Counted from the first letter of the whole stretch, positions 13,901-26,281 are shown. The stretch: DNA of 59,716 nucleotides, filler included, from Nemertoderma westbladi (GCA_032718475.1; 4 parts of 4 records of this genome joined end to end with filler, not necessarily neighbours in it); one strand, 5' to 3'. Notes: generated by a model not told the origin, from the sequence alone. Numbers and translations are program-made.

Positions 13901-16900
13901 GAATCTCCAACAGTTCTACCTACCGAACCTCCAACAGTTCTACCTACCGAACCTCCAACAGTTCTACCTACCGAACCTCCAACAGTTCTACCTACCGAAC
14001 CTCCAACAGTTCTACCTACCGAACCTCCAACAGTTCTACCTACCGAACCTCCAACATTTCTACCTACCGAACCTCCAACAGTTCTACCTACCGAACCTCC
14101 GACGGCTCTACCTACCGAACCTCCAACAGTTCTACCTACCGAACCTCCAACAGTTCTACCTACCGAACCTCCAACAGTTCTACCTACCGAACCACCAACA
14201 GTTCTACCTACCGAACCTCCAACAGTTCTACCTACCGAACCTCCAACAGTTCTACCTACCGAACCACCAACAGTTCTACCTACCGAACCTCCAACAGTTC
14301 TACCTACCGAACCTCCAACAGTTCTACCTACCGAACCTAAAACAGTTCTACCTAGCGAACCTCCAACAGTTCTACCTAACGAACCTCGCACAGTTCTACC
14401 TACCGAACCTCCAACAGTTCTACCAACCGAACCTCCAACAGTTCTACCTACCGAACCTCGCACAGTTCTACTTACCGAACCTCGCACAGTTCTACCTACC
14501 GAACCTCCAACAGTTCTACCTACCGAACCTCCAACAGTTCTACCTACCGAACCTCCAACAGTTCTACCTACCGAACCTCCAACAGTTCTACCTACCGAAC
14601 CTCCAACAGTTCTACCTACCGAACCTCCAACAGTTCTAGCAACCGAACCTCCAACAGTTCTACCTACCGAACCTAAAACAGTTCTACCTAGCGAACCTCC
14701 AACAGTTCTACCTAACGAACCTCGCACAGTTCTACCTACCGAACCTCCAACAGTTCTACCAACCGAACCTCCAACAGTTCTACCTACCGAACCTCCAACA
14801 GTTCTACCTACCGAACCTCCAACAGTTCTACCTACCGAACCTCCAACAGTTCTACCTACCGAACCTCCAACAGTTCTACCTACCGAACCTCCAACAGTTC
14901 TAGCAACCGAACCTCCAACAGTTCTACCTACCGAACCTCCAACAGTTCTACCTACCGAACCTCCAACAGTTCTACCAAGCGAACCTCCAACAGTTCTACC
15001 TACCGAACCTCCAACAGTTCTAGCAACCGAACCTCCAACAGTTCTACCTACCGAACCTCCAACAGTTCTACCTACCGAACCTCCAACAGTTCTACCTACC
15101 GAACCTCCAACAGTTCTACCAACCGAACCTCCAACAGTTCTACCTACCGAACCTCCAACAGTTCTACCTACCGAACCTCCAACAGTTCTACCTACCGAAC
15201 CTCCAACAGTTCTACCTACCGAACCTCCAACAGTTCTTCCTACCGAACCTCCAACAGTTCTTCCTACCGAACCTCCAACAGTTCTACCAAGCGAACCTCC
15301 AACAGTTCTACCTACCGAACCTCGCACAGTTCTAGCAACCGAACCTCCAACAGTTCTACCTACCGAACCTCCAACAGTTCTACCAAGCGAACCTCCAACA
15401 GTTCTACCTACCGAACCTCGCACAGTTCTAGCAACCGAACCTCCAACAGTTCTACCTACCGAACCTCCAACAGTTCTACCTAGCGAACCTCCAACAGTTC
15501 TACCTTCCGAACCTCCAACAGTTCTACCTACCGAACCTCCAACAGTTCTACCTACCGAACCACCAACAGTTCTACCTACCGAACCACCAACAGTTCTACC
15601 TACCGAACCTCCAACAGTTCAACCTACCGAACCTCCAACAGTTCTACCTACCGAACCTCGCACAGTTCTACCTACCGAACCTCCAACAGTTCTACCTACC
15701 GAACCTCCAACAGTTCTACCTACCGAACCTCCAACAGTTCTACCTACCGAACCTACAACAGTTCTACCAACCGAACCTCCAACAGTTCTACCTACCGAAC
15801 CTCCAACAGTTCTACCTACCGAACCTCCAACAGTTCTACCAAGCGAACCTCCAACAGTTCTACCTACCGAACCTCCAACAGTTCTACCTACCGAACCTCC
15901 AACAGTTCTACCAAGCGAACCTCCAACAGTTCTACCTACCGAACCTCCAACAGTTCTACCTACCGAACCTCCAACAGTTCTACCTACCGAACCTCCAACA
16001 GTTCTACCTACCGAACCTCCAACAGTTCTACCTACCGAACCTCCAACAGTTCTACCTACCGAACCTCCAACAGTTCTAGCAACCGAACCTCCAACAGTTC
16101 TACCTACCGAACCTCCAACAGTTCTACCAACCTAACCTCCAACAGTTCTACCTACCGAACCTCCAACAGTTCTACCTACCGAACCTCCAACAGTTCTACC
16201 TAGCGAACCTCCAACAGTTCTACCTACCGAACCTCCAACAGTTCTTCCTACCGAACCTCCAACAGTTCTACCAAGCGAACCTCCAACAGTTCTACCTACC
16301 GAACCTCCAACAGTTCTACCTACCGAACCTCCAACAGTTCTACCTACCGAACCTCCAACAGTTCTAGCAACCGAACCTCCAACAGTTCTACCTACCGAAC
16401 CTCCAACAGTTCTTCCTACCGAACCTCCAACAGTTCTACCTACCGAACCTCCAACAGTTCTAGCAACCGAACCTCCAACAGTTCTACCTACCGAACCTCC
16501 AACAGTTCTACCAACCGAACCTCCAACAGTTCTACCTACCGAACCTCCAACAGTTCTAGCAACCGAACCTCCAACAGTTCTACCTACCGAACCTCCAACA
16601 GTTCTTCCTACCGAACCTCCAACAGTTCTACCTAGCGAACCTCCAACAGTTCTACCTACCGAACCTCCAACAGTTCTTCCTACCGAACCTCCAACAGTTC
16701 TACCTAGCGAACCTCCAACAGTTCTACCTACCGAACCTCCAACAGTTCTACCAACCTAACCTCCAACAGTTCTACCAACCGAACCTCCAACAGTTCTACC
16801 TACCGAACCTCCAACAGTTCTTCCTACCGAACCTCCAACAGTTCTACCTAGCGAACCTCCAACAGTTCTACCTACCGAACCTCCAACAGTTCTACCAACC

Positions 16901-17254
16901 TAACCTCCAACAGTTCTACCTACCGAACCTCCAACAGTTCTACCTACCGAACCTCCAACAGTTCTACCTAGCGAACCTCCAACAGTTCTACCTACCGAAC
17001 CTCCAACAGTTCTACCAACCGAACCTCCAACAGTTCTACCTACCGAACCTCCAACAGTTCTAGCAACCGAACCTCCAACAGTTCTACCTACCGAACCTCC
17101 AACAGTTCTACCTACCGAACCTCCAACAGTTCTACCTACCGAACCTCCAACAGTTCTACCTACCGAACCTCCAACAGTTCTACCTACCGAACCTCCAACA
17201 GTTCTACCTACCGAACCTCGCACAGTTCTACTTACCGAACCTCGCACAGTTCTA
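10930..17254. repeat. 24-bp minisatellite (ccaacagttctacctaccgaacct)n, ~260 copies, with higher-order structure; runs into a gap
   Basis: Directly visible. Rare variants recur at 1536-bp spacing (ccgacggct 12563/14099; cttacc 12935/14471; gaatct 12365/13901). Confidence 0.98.
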
Positions 17255-17354
17255 NNNNNNNNNNNNNNNNNNNNNNNNNNNNNNNNNNNNNNNNNNNNTT
17301 AATTAATTAANNNNNNNNNNNNNNNNNNNNNNNNNNNNNNNNNNNNNNNNNNNN
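17255..17354. other. Assembly gap with artificial TTAATTAATTAA linker
   Basis: 100-bp N run with a central six-frame-stop 12-mer, identical to the other two gaps. Confidence 0.97.
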
Positions 17355-18704
17355 CGCTACATTCCCAACGCAACCCCTATTTAAAGGGTCAAGGCTTCAA
17401 TAATTCTAAATTATTATTAAATAAAAAATGTACCGTAAGCGTAGACTGCCCGCTAGGGGAATGCTTTAAATACGCAGTATTGGCCGCCACAAATTATAAG
17501 AAAATTGATAGAAAAAATAATAATATCAAAAGAATTTCAACGTATACTCCTTTCTTAAACATGTTTGATTTTTCCAATTTAAGTTTTCCGGTGGACAGAG
17601 TAACTGGTATTCCCCAGTTTCTGAAAGCAAACCCTGTATACTATATAAATCTTCTATATTGGAGTAATATGGAAGAACTAATTCGGAAGTCAACCAGATA
17701 GCGCGCACTGTTCCGGTAAAACTATACTAAATTTATTATTTATCGAAGCCACATCCAAAAACCCCGCCCACTACGTAGCTATTACTAGCATAGATAGACT
17801 AATAAATACAAAAGCTACTTCTAAAGGCAACAAGACGCACTGCAAACGCTTTCTAACCGCTATGGAAAGTCATTGTAGGGAGTTATACAATGGGTCCATT
17901 TCTAGTACAAACACGCATGCCCCCATGCAACTCACTACTAGCCAACAAACTGACTTTAATAACGCTACACAATGCTATGTCTGCAACTGTAATTTAACCC
18001 CCGATTCTCATAATTTAAACCTCAATGACAATCTCAGCACCAAAGTCCGCGATCACGATCATTATAGCGGGGAGTATCGAGGGGCTTCTTGCATCAGCTG
18101 CAACAGGAAACTTTCACTAAAACGGAATAATTTTTATATTATATTTCATAACTTGAGGAAATTTGATATGCATTTACTACTAAAAGAAGGAATGACTGAT
18201 AGTTCTAGAACACACTGGAAAATGACTGTAATACCAAAAAACACCGAAACTTATATTCACCTTAAAGTTAGCTTTCCAATCGATCCGAGTACACCAACAG
18301 CCAACGCTAAAGAAAGTATCTCCTTTAATTTTCTAGATTCCTATCAATTTATGACTGCCAGCCTAGATAATCTTAGTAGTTGTCTCACTAAAAATAATAG
18401 TAACCTAGCAACAGCCATACCCCATACACTAGCTCAAATGACCCAACTCTATCCCAACATTAGCGATAACACAATAAGAAACAAGGGCGTATTCCCATAT
18501 TCTTACATTCAAAATATTTCAAACCTACATGAAACTACACTCCCCCCAATAGAAATCTTCTATAATGATCTCAAATTGGAACAATGTAGCGCAGACAACT
18601 ATCAGCGCGCTAAACTAACAGCGCTACTAACACACGAGGATTATGCAGACTGTTTTGAAAACGAAGCAATGCTCTTCCGCTATAACTCTACCTTCACTTC
18701 TAGA
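17355..18704 (+). pseudogene. polB: Inverted, internally deleted partial copy of the pPolB gene
   Basis: Near-identical to the reverse complement of ~21972-21476, ~21160-20397 and ~18953-18875. It has two in-frame internal deletions (~0.32 and ~1.44 kb) and its own frameshift near 17690. Confidence 0.93.
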
Positions 18705-18713
18705 AAAATAAAA

Positions 18714-21700
18714 TTAAATCCTAGTAGGGGGGATTACTACTCGTTTCGCCGGTCTAACAAGCTTAGTGCTATAGTGCCCGTATGGTTTGCTGCTATATTT
18801 ACTACTCCAATATGATTTCGTATCCCAGAGCGTTAGTGCCTTCTTATAGACATGACCAGTAAAAATTTCATGCTTTCTAGAAGTGAAGGTAGAGTTATAG
18901 CGGAAGAGCATTGCTTCATTTTCAAAACAGTCTGCATAATCCTCGTGTGTTAGTTGCTTAGCGACAACCGATCTAGATACACCTTTGGTGGTTTTCTTGA
19001 TTGGGGCATTGTAGGATTGAAAACTGTAGACCTTTGGTTTAAGGAAAACCCACTGTTTATACTGCAAACCGCAGCTCTCATCTTTTACGAAGCCGAGAGC
19101 CGCTTTGTGTTTAATGGTATAGAGTGGATGTGTTGTACTGTAGTTGGAAGTATCTAGGAAACCACCCTCAAACATTGCCCGTAGAAAGGTTAGCTGTGGT
19201 GTATTAGTTACGCTTAGCATTAGAGAATCCGTGTCACCGGCTAGACAGCGAATCTGGCAACCCAGTTTTTGTTCTAGAGGCTTCAGTTTGTTGTAAAATA
19301 GGTCGTACATCTGTAGCTTAGATAGATCTAATGTAGTGCAACCGATGAACACACCCTGATTTAGGCAAACAGCCTCTTTAGTGAAAGTATGACCACTCAA
19401 GTTGGGGGTAAAGACAACAAACGATTCGTGGTTGGGCTTGGCTAAGAGCAAATCGCATTGTTCGTCGCTATTACATAACCTGAAAGAAACACGGTCTCTA
19501 ACCTTTTGGAGGCATTTCCCATACAAGGCATTGTTCATCAACGTATAAAATAGGACCTCGAATGGGTTATTTGCCGACTGTCTTTTATTTATATTAAAAC
19601 TAATGAAGTCCTTGAAAATATATTTTTGTGAGAAAGAGTAGACCCTGTGTACTTGTGTAAGTTTAAGACCGAGCTTCAAATAGAGCTGAAGTAGCTTAAT
19701 ATGGATACCATATTCAACCTTATTAAACTGATGTAGTAGTAGCTTAGTACAGGTATCATTGTATGGTCTACAGGTAGCCGTATCGGTGAGATTGTAATGC
19801 TCCCAAAGATCTTCCATGTATTCGCTAAGAAAGGATTTAGGGACTGACATCTTCTCCGCTCCTAGAGGCACATCGGCGGTCAAATTGTGAATTTCTTTCG
19901 GGTAATGTAGATCAACTATGCAATAATAACCAGTGTCCCCACTCGCATCTACTGTAGCTAGGTCTATGGGGGTAGTTACGAGTTTAATATTAGCGTAGGA
20001 AAGTTTCTGGCTCAGGGCGCAGCCATAAAGGTTATTCGCATTGATGGGAATTAGATATTTCTCGGGGAGACTGGTGTCGTAGTCGGGTTTATCGGGAATA
20101 TTTGCGTCTATGGAATGTGTATTCAAGAATACTAGACCACCCCTAATATTTGTTTCAAAGTCCGAGTAGATGGAAGCGTCTGATAGTAATTGAATTTCTG
20201 ATTGCGTGAATTTCAGCGCTGCGTCGTAAGTTAATCCTGGGGCAGTGAAGTACATTACGGGTTCGAGTCCATAATTAGTAAGACAGAGGGATCGGAACTG
20301 CTCGAATGTATCAGCCAATAGGGTAACGTCTAGAACCAAATAGCCAATCATATAGTCGAAGATTGTTGCGCAGTTTAATTCATCCCAAGTAGTAAGCGCA
20401 CGCTGATAGTTGTCTGCGCTACATTGTTCCAATTTGAGATCATTATAGAAGCTTTCTATTGGGGGGAGTATAGTTTCGTGTAGGTTTGAAATATTTTGAA
20501 TGTAAGAATATGGGAATACGCCCTTGTTTTTTATTGTGTTATCGCTAATGTTGGGATAGAGTTGGGTCATTTGAGCTAGTGTATGGGGTATGGCTGTTGC
20601 TAGGTTACTATTATTTTTAGTGAGATAACTACTAAGATTATCTAGGCTGGCAGTCATAAATTGATAGGAATCTAGAAAATTAATGGAGATACTTTCTTTA
20701 GAGTTGGCTGTTGGTGTACTCGGATCGATTGGAAAGCTAACTTTAAGGTGAATATAAGTTTCGGTGTTTTTTGGTATTACAGTCATTTTCCAGTGTGTTC
20801 TAGAACTATCGGTCATTCCTTCTTTTAGTAGTAAATGCATATCGAATTTCCTCAAGTTATGAAATATAATATAACAATTATTCCGTTTTAGTGAAAGTTT
20901 CCTGTTGCAGCTGACGCAAGAAGCCCCTCGATACTCCCCGCTATAATGATGGTGATTGCGGACTTTGGTGCTGAGATTGTCATTGAGGTTTAAATTATGA
21001 GAATCGGGGGTTAAATTACAGTTGCAGACGTAGCATTGTGTAGCGTTATTAAAGTCAGTTTGTTGGCTAGTAGTGAGTTGCATGGGGGCGTGCGTGTTTG
21101 TACTAGAAATGGACCAATCGTATAACTCCCTACAATGACTTTCCATAGCGGTTAGAAAGTCGCGCATTACATGGTTACTGCCATCGTCACGGAAAATTTG
21201 AACATCTGTTTTAGGAGGGTTAATTAATTTCTGATTTGGTACTGTATAAAAGGCTGCCGCGCTAGCTATATGTTTCTGTGGGAGTTTAATATTGTTTGTA
21301 GGTTCTAGAATAGTTTCAATGTCGGCGTATATACAGAAAGGTGGGATTAGAGTCTTATCGTACCTGTCAAATTTAACCAAGAGATTTTCGGGCATATACT
21401 CGAGTTGGCGTTTACCCGTATAGCAACGCTCTCGATGTTCTTCCAATGATTTGTCAGTGTTAAAGGCTCTGAGACAGCGTTCGCAGTACGTCTTGTTGCC
21501 TTTAGAAGTAGCTTATGTATTTATTAGTCTATCTATGCTAGTAATAGCTATGTATTGGGCGGGGTTTTTGGATGTGGCTTCGATAAATAATAAATTTAGT
21601 ATAGTTTTACCGGAACAGTGCGCGCTATCTGGTTGACTTAGAATGGAGAGTTCTTCCGTATTACTCCAATATAGAAGATTTATACAGTATACAGGGTTTG

Positions 21701-22767
21701 CTTTCAGAAACTGGGGAATACCAGTTACTCTGTCCACCGGAAAACTTAAATTGGAAAAATCAAACATGTTTAAGAAAGGAGTATACGTTGAAATTCTTTT
21801 GATATTATTATTTTTTCTATCAACTTTCTTATAATTTGCGGCGGCCAATACTGTGTATTTAAAGCATTCCCCCAGCGGGCAGTCTACGCTTACGGTACAT
21901 TTTTTATTTAATAATAATTTAGAATTATTGAAGCCTTGACCCTTTAAATAGGGGTTGCGTTGGGAACATGCAATAGTTCAATAGTTATTCGCTCGATAGC
22001 TATTATGCGCCAACCCGAGCCAAGGCAGAGAAACACACTTAATAGCTGATCGATACGATTGACGGCGCCAGAAAACCAGTTATTAAAGTCGCTATTATTT
22101 AGAATTTGATTATTGTTACCGTTAGATTTAAAACAGAATGATTCAATTTGAAATCCCTCGCTGGTTTCACGCTCCATTACGATATTGATTGTAAGCCAGA
22201 CTCTTAAAAAAGTTCCCAAAGCACTATGTAAATGATTACTAACGTGTTCTTGAATATGTGGAAAATTTTCATTTAAAGTTAGTTCAACGTCGAGTCTTGT
22301 TTCGGAGAGGTCATTGTTATAAGTAAACAGGCATCCATGTGCGCTTCCGTTAGTGGGGGGTTGAAAGGGATTGTTTGGGGAAATAGAGTTATAATCTCGC
22401 GAAGTTGAAGGTTCATTATTGGAGCCAACGCCGCCGACTTGTTCTGGAGTAGAGTTGATGGGGGATGAGTGGGAGGTAGATGGAGTTTTGCGTTTCCGTG
22501 AAAAAAGACGAGTGTAGCATTCATGCTCAGTGAAGGATGATAGGGTGAGCGATTCCCCGCAGCAGCATTCGGCTGGCTCATTTACGTAAGTAAATCCTGT
22601 TCCCCCCTGAGGACATGAAACCAGATGACCAACCAACGTCTTCTTTTCCGAGGACCAAGTCGGACAACAGTCGCATCTATATTGCTCGAAATGAATTTTA
22701 ATATGGCGGGATAAAGTATCGCTTTGTCGCAGATGGGGCAGCTGACTTTATTTATTGATCTTGGCAT
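18714..22767 (-). pseudogene. polB: Polinton/adintovirus-type protein-primed DNA polymerase B (~1350 codons reconstructed) with N-terminal C2H2 fingers and an endonuclease VII-like insert; disrupted
   Basis: Motifs: GSGW, CFKYTVLA, CERCL..H...C, Exo I IYADIE, CYVC...VRNHHHYSGEYRGASCVSCN, Exo II FHNLRKFD, FLDS, KGVFPY, Exo III YLVLDV, ANNLYG, LMNNALYGK, GDTDS, KPKVYS. Lesions: frameshifts near 22715 and 21970, in-frame TAA at 21513-21515, N in place of the catalytic D in INANNLYG, and T in place of K in YTLMNN. Confidence 0.93.
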
Positions 22768-23749
22768 CTTGAATCTAGAAATAAAAATCGTTTATTTGTA
22801 AAAAGATAAAAAATACTGTATACTTGCTAAAAATAAAGTAAAACAGTAGATATTAATCGGTTACTAGGCAACAATACTGCGTTTGTATAGTTTGTGTAGT
22901 AGTGTTAGTGTACCAGCTGCCAGATAGTGGCGATAACCAAGACACAAAAGCGATGGCAGTTATTATTCGTGGAAAGAGGGTCTATAAACAGCAGTCAACA
23001 GTAAGTCAGTGCAGTAATGCTAGTGATACAGTCTGCCAGAAGTCAGACGTATCGGTAGCGTTAACCATTACAAATCAACGATAGGCCTAGCTAATCGCTG
23101 TATGAGATCTCAGTTAGTCAGTAGGATATATAGTGAAAACTGCAGTATTCATTGTTGTTCAGTAGGGTCTATATCGCTACTACGATGGCATTAGGCTAAC
23201 TCGAATGATCCGGTACCGATAGTCAGGTAGACAAGCAGATAGGCAGATGTAGGCCTATTGATCGACTGCTTCGATCACAGTTTAGGCTATCGCTACCACC
23301 GCAGTCTGACAGTAATTAATAATGAGCCTACTGCAATACTGTTGTACCGGTAGATATTAAATGTAAATTGTTTGCTACCGACATCGAAAGTATAGCTAGA
23401 TGGTGGAAGGCAGATTTTACTTACGGTGTTAGTAAATATTCACGGAAAGATGAAGTTTGGATGTTCGTTGGCAACGAAGAAGTTCGTTGACGTGGACGAC
23501 GAGAGAGTTTATTTACCGATAGAACGGAATGGTATCGGAAATTAGGTTGGAAAATATTACGCGGTTGTATGACGGATTCGCGGAAAGTTTGTTGACGATG
23601 ATGAGAGATAACGCAGCGAAATGACAACAATACAACTGTACAACTGGATTGTTGATAGATGATAATAAATAAATATTCTTAATAAATAATATTAAACTCG
23701 AAAACAAAATAATGATAAATGATGTTAATCATAACTTGCAAATGAAATA

Positions 23750-23830
23750 ATGACGTAATATCTTGGTGGGGATGTATTAAATAGCAATTCGGTTGTTTAA
23801 GAGGCCGTTGTCTCTCAAATGAGCCAATCA
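23750..23830 (-). promoter_or_regulatory. Possible polB promoter cluster (CRE-like TGACGTAA, TATA-like TATTTAA, CCAAT)
   Basis: tgacgtaa at ~23751, TATTTAA on the minus strand at ~23777-23783 and agccaatca at ~23822. These lie upstream of a candidate 5'-UTR intron (GTAAGT donor 23424, TAG acceptor 22775). Confidence 0.3.
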
Positions 23831-24585
23831 GGGCGCAGCAGCAGAAATGATCCCCGCTGATTGTGTGTTCATGCATAAGCAGTTACCAGGGCAACTTCTC
23901 GTGGTGTTGATTCTATATTAGAAAACTCCTGTAGGCTTCCATCTTGACTAATTATGTTGAGTTGACTGTATAACAGAAGCAGGTCTGGTGCAAAGGAATG
24001 GGATTAGTAGAGAGGAATGCGTGTTTAGAGGCGCTTCATTGTTATGATACGGGATGCCTGGATATAGGAAAGGACCCAAGTGATGCCGTAGTGAGAACAA
24101 AGGAGGGCCGCTGGAACATTAGCCTTGAGCGATATACGGATTTAGTGTAGACAAGGCCGCATGGGGATTATTAGTGAGTCATCAAAGGGGCTGCTAACAG
24201 CCGGGATCACTGATTTATATTTGCCTTTGGGGGTATACGTGTAGATTCAATGCATTAGAGACTGTGTCGTATCTACTTAATGAATAGCGACGGCAGAGGA
24301 GGGGGCCCGCCGATTAGTTGCCAGTAGGGAGCCGTATACCATAGCCGTTATAAAGTTAAATATAGACATTATGTCATAGTGATCTCATTGGTAATATAAA
24401 AACTAATTAATCTAAAAATAGAAATCAATGTATAAAGTAAAAGTAATACAATTAATTAATTTAAAATAAAGTACAAATGAATAATTAATTTAAAATTAAA
24501 TATGAATAAATAAAGTAAAATAAAATACAAATAATTAATTAAAATTAAATATAAATAAATAGGTATTAATAAATAAAAGAGCTGC

Positions 24586-24900
24586 GGTGTCACTTATGAC
24601 ACCCTCTTGCGCCGGCTTTATGACACTTGGACAACACTGATGACCCATTATGTGTCAGGGCACTAATCAGTCTGATTAATTAGGATAATCAATTAAACCC
24701 TAATAGGACACCTGTTAGGGTTTAATTGTACTAATTAATTGATGACACCTGTCAATTAGGGTCTAATTAGTCTAATTGGGAGGTGTCACCCAGACAGTCT
24801 GGCGCCAATGACACCCATAGGGTGATAATTGGGTGTCATATGACACCAATGGGTGTCTGTGTGGTCCAAGTGTCACAGAGCCGCCCAAGACCCTACTACT
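24586..24900. repeat. Multi-branched palindromic terminal sequence
   Basis: Outer stem 24613-24632/24864-24883 (18/20). Inner hairpins 24586-24603, 24664-24678, 24690-24728, 24743-24788 and 24808-24839. Perfect palindrome ggtgtcatatgacacc at 24832-24847. Ten TGACAC/GTGTCA hexamers. Confidence 0.9.
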
Positions 24901-25416
24901 ATTAAACACAATAGGCAATGGACTCATTTGATTTTATACTAGAGAAACAAAATGTACAATTTCCGGCAACGGATTCATCCGTTACACCGAGACGGCAGCG
25001 TCCCCGTATCCACCAACGCACAAGTCACTTAGCACGCAATACACAATGATGAAGGCAGCAGTACCAGTATATAGTTATTATATCTAACTATTTAATTTGT
25101 ACAACATAGGCCAAACTAGATTAATAACTAACGATTAGTAAGTAATATCAATTAAAGTTGGATTGACTACCCGATAGCAAAACCAAACCCATCACCTAGC
25201 TTAACTGATGACAAAACCAAAATGAATTGGTCTAATAAACTGTGCTTTCAAGTTGTTTACAAAACAACGGCGCATGTACGAATATAGAATTAAATTTAGA
25301 ATTTATAACTAATGCAATAATGTATATATATATATATATATATAATGCTGACACAAGACTTAATCAATGGACCCCCCCCCCCCCAAGATGCATGAAACAT
25401 AGGATCCCATGGCATA

Positions 25417-26281
25417 TTAAACATCCTTGGTAGTACAGTCTCCGGTATCATCGGCAGGTAGGTTGTCGTACATGTTGGTCGTCCTGGCAACCCGATCTGA
25501 GGATTTCCGCAGCGAAGACAGACGTTCAGCTGACGGTTCCCTTTGGGCCAATGCAGCTGCCCCAGGCGGGCGGCAAAGTGAAGATTTGAGCTCGTTGATG
25601 TCGCCATTATTTTTAATACGTACAGGCCCGCTTTTCTCGGCAACCCTAACGAAGATAGACCCATTCTGCACGTACACTGAGTGGATTGCTTTGCTCTGTT
25701 TCAAAGCAGTAACACGTCGTAATTGGGCCGATCGACCGACGAGCCTTTAGATGTTCCGAAATGTAAATACCCTTCGGAAGTTTCAGCTTGTTGAGAAACA
25801 TCGTTCGTCGAGAAGAGTGTCCGATAAACCGAATTATAATAGGGCGGCAGTGAGGCTTACCACCCTCAACAGCAACTGGTGATGATCCAAGGCGGTGGAA
25901 AAGGTCAATATTCTGTGGTAGTATGCCGAGATCCTCGACCAGCTGCCGTATGTACATTTTATCGACCCCTGGATCAGCCGTCTCCTTAACTCCATGTACC
26001 AATATATTATTTCGACGGGAATACTGGTCCATGGTGTCGTTTTCAACCTTCAGACTTTCGTTCTCGAGTTTAAGTTTCTCCACGTCCTCCTTGAGTACTG
26101 CGTTCTCCCATTTGAGGTTATCGATAAGAGTAGTGAGGGCCTCCAAAGGTTGAATTAAGTTTATCTTGGATTACTTTTGATTGATCCTGCATAGATGCAA
26201 GAATTTTCTCTAACTTGATAGTCTTTGGTCCAAGGAAGAGGAAGAAATGGCAGTTGGTTGTGGATTCTTGGGCGGAGCCAT
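25417..26281 (-). pseudogene. LINE ORF1 (coiled-coil + RRM + CTD, L1-ORF1/Transposase_22-like as in CR1/L2 elements), disrupted; no ORF2
   Basis: Coiled coil, then DQYSRRNNILVHGVKE, HRLG, RPIIIRF, IYISEHL, and after a frameshift SVYVQNGSIFVR. ATG at 26281. Confidence 0.85.

Larger units (their letters stand above)
17355..24900 (-). mobile_element. Polinton/Maverick-like (pPolB) element remnant; right terminus ...CCCTACTACT at 24900
   Basis: Contains a protein-primed family B polymerase gene, its inverted partial copy and a palindromic terminus ending in ACTACT (AGTAGT on the other strand, as at Polinton ends). No integrase, ATPase, protease or capsid ORF is seen. Confidence 0.75.

Noticed and set aside
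21935-21950. TTTAAAG as a programmed -1 frameshift site in polB
   Set aside because: The heptamer is not in the required phase of the upstream frame, and the inverted copy is in-frame here, so the shift is a mutation near 21970.
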